Source of the DNA: a bacterium
GTDB lineage: Bacteria; Patescibacteriota; Minisyncoccia; Sungbacterales; SURF-37
Reading direction: 5' to 3'
Length of the DNA: 64,000 nt
NCBI GenBank assembly: GCA_030648055.1
Contig: JAUSHI010000002.1
Span: 178 to 64,177 of the forward strand
The notes below the pieces were generated by a model. It made no database searches, was not told where the DNA came from, and saw nothing but the letters and a program-made list of their open reading frames with translations. Below, piece by piece: positions 55,708 to 64,000 of the stretch (its first letter is position 1; each line of letters starts with the position of its first letter). The position numbers were made by a program, and so were the translations under genes.

Positions 55708-55929
55708 GTGGTGAATGCCATGCAGATTCGCAGACAGCTTCGTGCAAGTTCGGATGCGTTCGCCAAGGACCGCCGGCTCGCGGTGTGCCCCGAGGAGAAC
55801 ACGCACCGCGGACTCGGCAAGGTGTGCGGACTCGGGTACACTCATTCCAAGTATGTCCGCACGCGTTTCAAGTCCCGCGCGCGGCACCACGGGACGGCGC
55901 CACGCCACACCAAGAAGGGCGGCCAGTAG
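55708..55929 (+). CDS. Small basic His/Cys-containing hypothetical protein
   Basis: Same strand and GC-rich codon style as the preceding ORF; hairpin plus T-run downstream. Confidence 0.45.
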   Translation: MVNAMQIRRQLRASSDAFAKDRRLAVCPEENTHRGLGKVCGLGYTHSKYVRTRFKSRARHHGTAPRHTKKGGQ

Positions 55930-56304
55930 TCTGTCGCAAAAGGGGATCATGCACCCCCGGCGCTCAAAGACCAAACGGTCAATGAGCGTCATTTTTATTT
56001 ATTCGTCTAAATTTTTATAGAGTATCAAATATTCTTGTTGGTCTAATTCGCGCGAATAGTGGAATAAGACCGGATGTAAATAAAATTTAGCAACAAATAA
56101 ATAGCCCAGCCCTCTATGCTCTCAGAAATACCGCTAGTTTCTAAAAGCGCGTAAATATTTTTGCTATGTAATATTATATTGCAAACTGCTTAGAGGGCTG
56201 GGTGAACAACCGCGTATACCGCAAGCTTGTGTGATATCGCATCGCTTGCGGTGCAGTTGTTCATTGTTTCAAAAGATGTTATTTTTGTTAGGTACTCGCA
56301 ATTT

Positions 56305-57738
56305 ATGGAACGCGTTTTAATAAAAGAAACATTGGCAAAGATCGGGGAAAAAGTCCGCTTGGCGGGCTGGGTTTCGGTCAGGCGCAATCACGGAAAAATT
56401 ATTTTTATTGACCTCCGCGATCGCTCGGGGGTTTTTCAGGTTGTTTTTACGCCTAAAAATGCGGAAGTGTACGCAATTGCCGAGACGCTTCGTCCGGAAT
56501 GGGTGATTGCCGTTGAAGGAATAGTTCAAAAGAGGCCGAGCGGCATGGAAAACGCCGAACTTGAAACCGGTCAGATTGAACTTCCTGCCGAAAGTATTGA
56601 AATATTGAACAAGGCCGAAACAGTGCCTTTTGATATTCACGGCGACGGAAAAGAAATTGAAGAGGAGGTCCGCCTTAAATATCGCTATATTGACCTTCGG
56701 AGGCCGCGGTTGCAAAAGAATATGCGGAATCGCGCCAAGGCTATTAAGTTTATACGCGATTATCTTTCGCCGTTGGATTTTGTTGAAATTGAAACGCCGG
56801 TTTTATCCAAGTCCACTCCTGAAGGCGCGCGCGATTACCTTGTGCCTTCACGGGTTCACTTGGGAAAATTTTACGCTCTTCCGCAATCTCCCCAACAATA
56901 TAAACAGCTTCTAATGGTGTCTTGTTTTGAGCGGTATTTTCAGATCGCGCGTTGTTTCCGGGACGAAGATACGCGTGGAGACAGACAGCCGGAGTTTACA
57001 CAACTTGATCTGGAAATGAGTTTTGTTAAGAGGGAAGACGTGATGGACTTGATTGAAGACATGTTCATTAAGCTTGTCGGTTCACTTTATCCGGAAAAGC
57101 GCATTCAAAAAATTCCTTTCCCCCGCATTTCACACAAAGAAGCAATGGAAAAATACGGTACAGATCGGCCAGACTTGAGGGAGGATAAAAATGACCCAAA
57201 TCTTCTTGCCTTCGGGTGGGTGATTGATTTTCCGTTTTTTGAAAAAGTTGAAGATGAGCGAAGTCTAAAGCTATCTGACGATGGCTCGGCTAAATGGACA
57301 TTTACCCACAATCCTTTCTCGGCTCCCAAGCCGGAGCATATGGAGTGGCTTATAGAGAAAAAGAATATCGGTGAAATTCTTACTACGCAATATGATATCG
57401 TGCTTAACGGCTATGAAGTAGGCGGGGGAAGCATTCGTAATCATCAGCCGGAGGCGCTTAAAAAAGTTTTTGAGATTATGGGTTTTTCCGAAGAGCGGAT
57501 TATGGCCAATTTCGGGCATATGATCCAGGCGCTTGCTTTCGGGGCTCCGCCCCACGGCGGAATTGCTCCGGGAATTGATCGGCTTATTATGATATTGGAA
57601 AACGAGCCGAATATCCGCGAGGTAATCGCGTTTCCGAAAACCGGAGACGCCAGGGATCCGATGATGGACGGGCCATCGGAAGTTTCTAAGGAACAGCTGA
57701 AGGAACTCGGCATTAAGTTTGAAAAGGAGAAAAAGTAA
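56305..57738 (+). CDS. aspS: Aspartate--tRNA ligase (short, lacking the GAD insertion)
   Basis: 'STPEGARDY', 'LPQSPQQYKQLL', 'RQPEFTQLDLE', 'GAPPHGG'. Confidence 0.96.
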   Translation: MERVLIKETLAKIGEKVRLAGWVSVRRNHGKIIFIDLRDRSGVFQVVFTPKNAEVYAIAETLRPEWVIAVEGIVQKRPSGMENAELETGQIELPAESIEILNKAETVPFDIHGDGKEIEEEVRLKYRYIDLRRPRLQKNMRNRAKAIKFIRDYLSPLDFVEIETPVLSKSTPEGARDYLVPSRVHLGKFYALPQSPQQYKQLLMVSCFERYFQIARCFRDEDTRGDRQPEFTQLDLEMSFVKREDVMDLIEDMFIKLVGSLYPEKRIQKIPFPRISHKEAMEKYGTDRPDLREDKNDPNLLAFGWVIDFPFFEKVEDERSLKLSDDGSAKWTFTHNPFSAPKPEHMEWLIEKKNIGEILTTQYDIVLNGYEVGGGSIRNHQPEALKKVFEIMGFSEERIMANFGHMIQALAFGAPPHGGIAPGIDRLIMILENEPNIREVIAFPKTGDARDPMMDGPSEVSKEQLKELGIKFEKEKK

Positions 57739-57745
57739 AACTCGC

Positions 57746-57777
57746 ACATTCTCACATTCTTGAGAATGTGAGAATGT
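57746..57777. repeat. Palindrome family A copy (compensatory variant, TG centre)
   Basis: ACATTCTCACATTCT-TG-AGAATGTGAGAATGT. Confidence 0.85.
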
Positions 57778-57844
57778 CAGTTCTGTGTTTTTTGTTTGTT
57801 TACTTTTGGTAGTGGCGCGAATTTTAAAATAAATAACTCCAAAA

Positions 57845-58555
57845 ATGACGCACATCGTTAAGCAGGAAAAATTTGAAGGGCCGCTTGAGCTTTTACTTGA
57901 GCTTATTCAGAAAGAAAAACTTTCTATAAACGAGGTTTCTCTAGCCAGGGTTACCGATCAATATGTTTCAGAGATAGAGAAGCTTGCCCGAGAGGGCCGC
58001 ATTGATCAGGAGGCGCTGGCGGAATTTTTAGTTATTGCTGGCGAGCTTCTTTTGATAAAATCCAGGAGCCTTCTTCCTGAATACGCGCAAACTTCGGAGG
58101 AGCAGGCATCAGTTGAAGAATTGGCAAGCCGGCTTGCCGCACTCAAGCGCATACGCGATGCTTCTCAGGAGCTCGGCAAATTAGGGCGGAGGCGGCAGTT
58201 TATTTTTTCGCGGGAGCCGTATTTGGGAATTGATCCGGTTTTTTATCCGCCGGAAAAGTTTTACGTGGACAATCTTCGGGTTGCTTTCTTAAAAGTGTAT
58301 GAGGCCCTGCCTAAGCTCGAAAAGCTCGTGGAGGAAAAAATACAGCGTATTGTGTCCATGGAAGAAAAGATTAAAGAATTGCAGGAATTGTTTACGGCTA
58401 AAGTAGAGCGACTTTTTTCCGAAGTTATTAAGGGCGGGAAGGAAAAAGCCGAAATCATCGTGAGTTTTTTGGCAATTTTGGAATTAGCCAAGCAGAAGTT
58501 GTTTGAACTTGATCAGGATAAAATTTTCGGCGATATTCGTATTCGTAAAATCTGA
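57845..58555 (+). CDS. scpA: Segregation and condensation protein A
   Basis: 'FEGPLELLLELI', 'LLLIKSRSLLP', 'IVSFLAILEL'. Confidence 0.95.
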   Translation: MTHIVKQEKFEGPLELLLELIQKEKLSINEVSLARVTDQYVSEIEKLAREGRIDQEALAEFLVIAGELLLIKSRSLLPEYAQTSEEQASVEELASRLAALKRIRDASQELGKLGRRRQFIFSREPYLGIDPVFYPPEKFYVDNLRVAFLKVYEALPKLEKLVEEKIQRIVSMEEKIKELQELFTAKVERLFSEVIKGGKEKAEIIVSFLAILELAKQKLFELDQDKIFGDIRIRKI

Positions 58556-58561
58556 TTTTTT

Positions 58562-59131
58562 ATGGACACAAAACAATCGCTTGAAAGCATTTTATTTTTA
58601 CAGGGTGAGCCGATTTCTGTTGAGCGGCTTTCAAAATTGACGGGCAAAAAGAAAGAGCAAATTTTAAAGTCCTTGGAAGAGCTTTGCGAGGAATACAAAG
58701 AGCGGGGGATAGTCGTTATGGAAAAAAACGGCGAGTGGCAGTTTGGAACGAACCCGGCGTGCCGTGAACTGGCGGAAAAGTTCGTAAAAAGCGAGTTTAC
58801 GGGAGAGCTGACCAAAGCCGCGCTTGAGACCATAGCCATAGTCGCTTATAAGGGGCCTTTGACGAGGGCCGAGATTGAATATATCCGAGGTGTTAATTCA
58901 TCGTTCATTGTCAGGAATCTTTTGATGCGCGGACTTGTTTCGCGCAAAGAAAACCCGAAGGACGCCAGGTCGTTTATATACGAAGTAAGTTTTGATTTTT
59001 TGAAGTATTTTGGATTGACGCGGATGGAAGATTTGCCGCAATACGCGGAACTTTCCAAAAAAGAAATAGCCATACCTGAAGCGGAAGACATAGAAGTGCC
59101 GCAAAAAAATTCTTCAAGTCAACAAGTATAA
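58562..59131 (+). CDS. scpB: Segregation and condensation protein B
   Basis: 'LTKAALETIAIVAYKGPLTRAEIEYIRGVNS'. Confidence 0.95.
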   Translation: MDTKQSLESILFLQGEPISVERLSKLTGKKKEQILKSLEELCEEYKERGIVVMEKNGEWQFGTNPACRELAEKFVKSEFTGELTKAALETIAIVAYKGPLTRAEIEYIRGVNSSFIVRNLLMRGLVSRKENPKDARSFIYEVSFDFLKYFGLTRMEDLPQYAELSKKEIAIPEAEDIEVPQKNSSSQQV

Positions 59132-60102
59132 TGACATTCGCTTCGGAACACAAAAAGAGTATTTTAATCCTTCTCGTTTTGGCGGGCGTTTTTATTTTTG
59201 TCTCCGCTTTATTTGAATTCGCGCCAGCGGAGTATAAATCCAAGGCAGTTGGGGTAAGAGAGCCCAAAAAAACGCTCGCCACACTTCTGCGCATAAATTC
59301 CAATCCGCCGCCGTTCGTTTTGGCCGAATCGGTATTTGTGGAACGGCTTTTATCGCACGAAGTGATATTCGCCAAAAACGAAGATAAGACCTTCGCGCCC
59401 GCAAGCTTGGCTAAGCTTATGACCGCACTTCTATATGTTGAAGGAATGTCTTCGCTTGATTTGGTATCAATTTCGGAAGATGCAAAATCTGTCTTGCAAA
59501 GCGATGAAAAGAGATCGCGCGTAGACGCGGGGCAGGCCATTAAAAGCGAGGACCTTCTTAAGCTGATGGTCGCCGAATCCGACAATGATGCCGCTTACGC
59601 GGCCGCTGATGTCTTGGTGCAGAGAAGGGAGACGGCTTTGAAAGATGCGGATTTTGAGGCGCGCATTCATCGTTTTGTTTTTCTTATGAATCAGAGGGGT
59701 GAGGTGCTTGGCCTAAAAAATACTAATTTTACCAATCCGGCCGGCAAGGATGAGGCGGAAAATTATTCAAGCGCTCGGGATTTAGCGCGGATAGCGGAGG
59801 AAATTTTTATAAGGTCACCCCAAATTTGGGACACCTCCAGAATAATTGAAGGGGAAATTTATTCAGAAGACGGCGGGAAGTATCACTTTGAAAATACGGA
59901 TGTTTTGCTTAAAGAATTTCCCGCGCTTTTTGGCTCAAAAACCGGCTTTACGGATGAAGCCGCCGGGGCGCTGATACTGCTCTATGAACTCGCACCCCGT
60001 GATCCGATTGTCGTGGTTATTTTGAAAAGCAACGAGCGCTTTAACGATGGCCGCGCTATTTTGAGATGGCTTGATGATTCTTTTAGGATACAATCTAAGT
60101 AA
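59131..60102 (+). CDS. D-alanyl-D-alanine carboxypeptidase (peptidase S11)
   Basis: SxxK (SLAK), SDN, KTG. Confidence 0.92.
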   Translation: MTFASEHKKSILILLVLAGVFIFVSALFEFAPAEYKSKAVGVREPKKTLATLLRINSNPPPFVLAESVFVERLLSHEVIFAKNEDKTFAPASLAKLMTALLYVEGMSSLDLVSISEDAKSVLQSDEKRSRVDAGQAIKSEDLLKLMVAESDNDAAYAAADVLVQRRETALKDADFEARIHRFVFLMNQRGEVLGLKNTNFTNPAGKDEAENYSSARDLARIAEEIFIRSPQIWDTSRIIEGEIYSEDGGKYHFENTDVLLKEFPALFGSKTGFTDEAAGALILLYELAPRDPIVVVILKSNERFNDGRAILRWLDDSFRIQSK

Positions 60103-60110
60103 AGAATAAT

Positions 60111-61181
60111 ATGAACGAGACGGAAATAATTTTAAACGTTGTTAAAGTTTTCGGCCTTGCGGCGGTGAGTTTTTTTATCGCTCTTCTTTGGACGCCGCTT
60201 TTGACGCACATTCTTTATAAATATCGCCTTTGGAGAAAAGAAGCGCGAACTACCGCACCTGACGGCTCGGCCACTCCGCTTTTTCACGAGCTTCATAAGG
60301 AGCGGGAAGTAAGGGCTCCGCGCATGGGCGGGCTTTTAATTTGGGTGACGACGATTTTTGTCGCTTTCGCGGTGTTAATTCTCGCGGATATGACCGGAAG
60401 CTCATTTCTTTCAAAGCTTAATTTTGTAAGCCGAAATCAGACATGGCTTCCGCTTTTTACGCTTTTTGCCGCCGCTATGCTCGGTCTGGTTGATGACTTT
60501 CTTCAGGTGTTCCATAGGGGCGGGTATGTCGCTGGAGGGCTGGCGTTTTGGAAACGGCTTTTTGTTGTTTTTATAATCGCCTGCGTGGGTGCTTACTGGT
60601 TTTATTTCCGGCTTGGCCAGCATTCAGTTTTTATTCCATGGTTCGGGGACATTGAAATAGGGATTTTATTTATCCCGTTTTTTATCACGACCATGTTCGC
60701 GACGTTTTCAACGGGAGTTATTGACGGGCTGGACGGCCTTGCCGGAGGCGTTTTTGCCTCCATTTTTGCCGCATACGGCGGCATTGCTTTCTTTCAAAAT
60801 CAAATTGACCTTGCGGCTTTTTCTGCCGTACTTTTGGGCTCACTTTTAGCGTTTTTATGGTTTAATATTCCGCCGGCGAGATTTTATATGGGAGAAACGG
60901 GGATATTGGGTTTGACCACAACACTTACCGTTATTGCATTTTTGACTAATTCGGTTATTGTTTTGCCGATTATCGCTATTGTTCCGGTAGTTGAGGCCAT
61001 GTCGGTAATAATTCAGCTTGGCTCAAAACGGTTTTTTGGGAGGAAAATATTTTTAATTGCACCCCTGCATCATCATTTTGAAGCCATCGGCTGGCCACAT
61101 TATAAAATCACTATGCGGTTTTGGGTCATCAGTTTCGTATTCGCAATGATGGGAATGGTTATAGCGCTCATCGGGCGCTAA
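60111..61181 (+). CDS. mraY: Phospho-N-acetylmuramoyl-pentapeptide transferase
   Basis: 'PRMGG', 'DGLDGLA', 'PARFYMGETG', 'APLHHHFE'. Confidence 0.95.
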   Translation: MNETEIILNVVKVFGLAAVSFFIALLWTPLLTHILYKYRLWRKEARTTAPDGSATPLFHELHKEREVRAPRMGGLLIWVTTIFVAFAVLILADMTGSSFLSKLNFVSRNQTWLPLFTLFAAAMLGLVDDFLQVFHRGGYVAGGLAFWKRLFVVFIIACVGAYWFYFRLGQHSVFIPWFGDIEIGILFIPFFITTMFATFSTGVIDGLDGLAGGVFASIFAAYGGIAFFQNQIDLAAFSAVLLGSLLAFLWFNIPPARFYMGETGILGLTTTLTVIAFLTNSVIVLPIIAIVPVVEAMSVIIQLGSKRFFGRKIFLIAPLHHHFEAIGWPHYKITMRFWVISFVFAMMGMVIALIGR

Positions 61182-61211
61182 GACACGCGGCGCGTGAAAG
61201 AAATATAAAAA

Positions 61212-61571
61212 GTGTCACAGAAAATAAGTATGAAAATCATTGAAAAATGGCAAGGAGTTACTGTTAAAATAGAACCTTGGTGGACGTTGATAGGTGCGCC
61301 AGTTATACAAGAATTTATATTTAGGTTTTTGCCATTTCAGCTTTACCTTGTCTATGGAAGGTTCTACGAAATAGGTATTCTAAGCTCGCTACTATTTGTT
61401 ACAATCCACTGGTATTTCAACAAATGGTTCGTATTGTACTCATTTCTGTGGGGATTAATTCTATGGGTGGTAATGGCGAATTATGGATTCATGGCGGTTG
61501 TAGTTCTTCACGGATTATTGAATGTTATACATTTATGGTTAGGAATACTACCAAACAGAAGAAAAAGCTAA
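61212..61571 (+). CDS. Small CPBP (Abi/CAAX) intramembrane protease-like protein
   Basis: 'APVIQEFIFR', 'FVTIH', 'HGLLN'; AT-rich. Confidence 0.65.
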   Translation: MSQKISMKIIEKWQGVTVKIEPWWTLIGAPVIQEFIFRFLPFQLYLVYGRFYEIGILSSLLFVTIHWYFNKWFVLYSFLWGLILWVVMANYGFMAVVVLHGLLNVIHLWLGILPNRRKS

Positions 61572-61818
61572 TCCATGTGGCGGCGGTAATAAATATAAAA
61601 AGTGTCATAGGTAATAAGGATAGAAAAAACGCATAAAACCGCCGTAGCCGCGTGTTCCCCTTATGGGTTTTTTTGTTAGTATATAAAAATATATGGCTTA
61701 CGATATTGTAATTAAAAAAGACAAAAAGCTTCTGTAATTTCCAGCACCGAATCAACTTGAACAACTTGAAATCAACTTGATGTTTGCTTTTTATCAATAT
61801 TCATGCTACAATTAAAGC

Positions 61819-63495
61819 ATGATGTCCCCAGAAAAAATGCCACATACTCCAGAAGTAAAAACCACGCCAGAGCGTGTTCTTGAAGAGGCGGGTCAGGAAG
61901 CAGAGGCATCTAAAGAAAGGCTCTCGCCGGAGGAAATAGAGGTACGGGTAACAGAATTGGCTGATCTTTCAGCTGCCCGTCCCGAGGTCTCCAAGCATGT
62001 ACGAGAGACCTGGGGAGGACTCACCAAAAAAGAACGAGAAGAATTGAAAGCCAAAGGAGAAGAGGCTGTTATCGCACACCTCGAATCTCTCAAGATCGAC
62101 CCGGAACTCCGCGAATTTGAAGAATCGACTCTCGCCGAGACAGACGGGCGCATAAAAGAACTCGCCTCGCACCCGGACGTACTTGCTGCCTATAAAGACC
62201 GCTTCGAAACTCTAAAGGGAACTCTCGCCAAAGTTCTTGCTTTTGACCATCTGCAAAAAGAACTGCACGCCGCAGAAAACACCGAGCAAAAACTGCGGCT
62301 TTTTTATGAACAATACGGTCGCAGCCCTGGCCCGATTGAGCGCAAAAAATTGGAAGGGCTTGCCAATCGAGTAACTGAACTCAAAGGAGAACTACAAGGG
62401 TTTGAACTTGATGAAGCTACGTATAGATATGCTGGCCGGAGAGAAATCAGAGGCATGCAGCGAGACCTTGCGCGTTACAGCTTCGCTGAAACAGAATCAC
62501 GCACCGAACTCATTCGCGAAGTTCTGCCAGACCTTATGCAGGGCGCGCCAGTTCTTTTTCAGGGAGAAACCGGTTCGGGCAAGACACAGCTTGCAAAATA
62601 TATTTCTCAAAAATACCTCGGCAAAGAGCCGGCTGTCATTTCGGTAAGCGAGCAGATTAAAGAATCCCAAATTCTGGGAACGCGAGGACTTGAGGCCGGC
62701 GAGACAATTTTCAAATATTCCGAATTCGTAAAAGCGCAAAAGGAAGGCCGGCCGGTAATTCTCGATGAAGTGAACTTAATGCCCCACGAATTTGCGGGGA
62801 TTCTTCATGACTTCTTGCAAAAACGCGTGGGCGATGTCTGGATTCATCCAGTCACCGGAGAGCAAATCACTATCACCGCGCCGATTATGGCGACGGCTAA
62901 CCTCAAATCAGAACGATATAAACAACGTTACGAGCTCGATGTCGCCACCCTTCGCCGTTTCATCGGTGGAGCGGGTGCTCGAGAAATTCATTACCTTGAT
63001 ATCAATAAGAAAGATAATGGCGGCGGCTATATTGCTCCAGAGACATTGAAAATTTTGGGATCGGTGCTTGCCGATCGTCACGGAAATATTGAGTGGGGTG
63101 AGGCGGAGGCGCCCAAAAAAATGGAGGAGTTAAAAAGATTTGTGTCCGCCTGCCGAAAGATTCAGGAAGATTTCACGCTTTCCATCCGCGAAGGAGGCGA
63201 AGAATCGCTTGCGAAAACCGACCGACTCGCGTTTCGGGAGTTAGTCATCACTCTCAAAGACCAAATAGAGATCATGAAGGCCTGGAAAGCCGGGGGGTTC
63301 AAGGAGCCACTGCAACAGATTATTCTCCGCGAGTTTTTCCACAAAGCGGAGATCAGCGGCCGTGCCGCAAAAGACCGAGAAAACATGGCACGGGTGTTTA
63401 TCGCCAACAAATTCTTCAAGGACACTAAGCCGGAAGATTTCAAAATACAAGGCCTTGCCGCTCAATCTCTTCGTCAGTGGCAGGGCAAAGAATAA
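61819..63495 (+). CDS. AAA+ ATPase (MoxR/dynein-related) with a long N-terminal coiled coil
   Basis: Walker A GETGSGKT, Walker B ILDEVN, 'ATAN', 'LDVATLRRF'. Confidence 0.85.
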   Translation: MMSPEKMPHTPEVKTTPERVLEEAGQEAEASKERLSPEEIEVRVTELADLSAARPEVSKHVRETWGGLTKKEREELKAKGEEAVIAHLESLKIDPELREFEESTLAETDGRIKELASHPDVLAAYKDRFETLKGTLAKVLAFDHLQKELHAAENTEQKLRLFYEQYGRSPGPIERKKLEGLANRVTELKGELQGFELDEATYRYAGRREIRGMQRDLARYSFAETESRTELIREVLPDLMQGAPVLFQGETGSGKTQLAKYISQKYLGKEPAVISVSEQIKESQILGTRGLEAGETIFKYSEFVKAQKEGRPVILDEVNLMPHEFAGILHDFLQKRVGDVWIHPVTGEQITITAPIMATANLKSERYKQRYELDVATLRRFIGGAGAREIHYLDINKKDNGGGYIAPETLKILGSVLADRHGNIEWGEAEAPKKMEELKRFVSACRKIQEDFTLSIREGGEESLAKTDRLAFRELVITLKDQIEIMKAWKAGGFKEPLQQIILREFFHKAEISGRAAKDRENMARVFIANKFFKDTKPEDFKIQGLAAQSLRQWQGKE

Positions 63496-63516
63496 TACCA
63501 TGCCATTCGAAGTTTA

Positions 63517-63570
63517 CCCCGTGAAATAATTTTGTTTCACAAAATTAGCGCAAAGCGCTATTTCACGGGG
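63517..63570. repeat. Branched hairpin mini-element
   Basis: CCCCGTGAAATA / TATTTCACGGGG enclosing two small hairpins. Confidence 0.75.
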
Positions 63571-63601
63571 CAGGCAAACTTTATCGAATAAATTAAACAA
63601 T

Positions 63602-64000
63602 ATGCCATTCCCAGCTTACGAACTATATCGTCCATACGAAGACCCAGACAAATACAAAACCTCCACCCAAAAGAAAGCGGAGGGTGTATTGAAAGAGGCC
63701 GATGAAATGAAGCGGGCTCAAGGCAAAGAAACGATCTCTGGCGTCGAGTTTCAAGAAGCCAGAGAGCTTTTAGGCGAAGACCTCATCGGACCGGAAGAGA
63801 TTGAAAAAACCTGGGGTGTGCGGCCGGAGGACGTCCCGGAGATTCCGTTTTCCCGTGAAGAACTCGAGCGAGCAAAAGAAATGGGACAAATGTTAGTTCT
63901 TCGAGTCGATAAAACAGAAGATGGCAAACCGATGTCGATGGAGGCGATGAACACTATTCTGGCAAAGCGCTGGGAGAAAGAGAAAAAAGGCGGGCTACTC
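63602..64000 (+). CDS. Hypothetical protein (3'-partial)
   Basis: Open from ATG 63602 to the window end: MPFPAYELYRPYEDP...IPFSREELERAKEMGQMLVLRV. Confidence 0.75.
   Translation, partial: MPFPAYELYRPYEDPDKYKTSTQKKAEGVLKEADEMKRAQGKETISGVEFQEARELLGEDLIGPEEIEKTWGVRPEDVPEIPFSREELERAKEMGQMLVLRVDKTEDGKPMSMEAMNTILAKRWEKEKKGGLL

Noticed and set aside
55444..55992. 182-aa minus-strand ORF
   Set aside because: Promoter, SD and terminator signals all favour the + strand ORFs.
57247..57294. Possible in-frame repeat insertion in aspS (VEDERSLKLSDDGSAK)
   Set aside because: The loop seems longer than usual, but the DNA shows no clear hairpin or match to the element families, so it cannot be supported without an alignment.

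Overview
Bacterial chromosomal window with the gene content of a Patescibacteria/CPR (Parcubacteria-like) genome. This assignment is inferred from the compact core genes, AT-rich leaders with no Shine-Dalgarno site, and CPR-style surface and hypothetical proteins. Core genes include ftsK, recA, rpsF-ssb-rpsR, ychF, a phosphomannomutase, a P-type ATPase with a CaCA exchanger, rmuC, rplU, recR, dnaB, cysS, corA, hrcA-grpE-dnaK...dnaJ (with CIRCE), ddl, aspS, scpAB, a dac-type carboxypeptidase and mraY. There are three intact tRNAs (Asn, Lys, Ala). Accessory content includes the end of a probable recombinase at tRNA-Asn, dinB, an acyl-CoA dehydrogenase, an ECF sigma/MacAB-type island, an orphan TAXI operon, a Cys-repeat/Kazal protein beside a trypsin-like protease, and an AAA+ ATPase. 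The most striking structure is at 48.1-49.4 kb, where the same layout occurs twice in tandem: [5' half of a hairpin-interrupted tRNA copy] - small GIY-YIG nuclease - intact tRNA - [3' half of the interrupted copy]. The halves join through a direct repeat in a hairpin inserted in the anticodon loop. The window also carries several families of tiny hairpin/palindromic elements: loop-less 30-38 bp palindromes with compensatory changes, 30-nt twin hairpins that also appear in frame in dnaK, TIR mini-elements, and a shared leader upstream of ftsK, recA and dnaJ. Two candidate sRNAs are also present. Functional calls come from motif recognition only; no searches were run.
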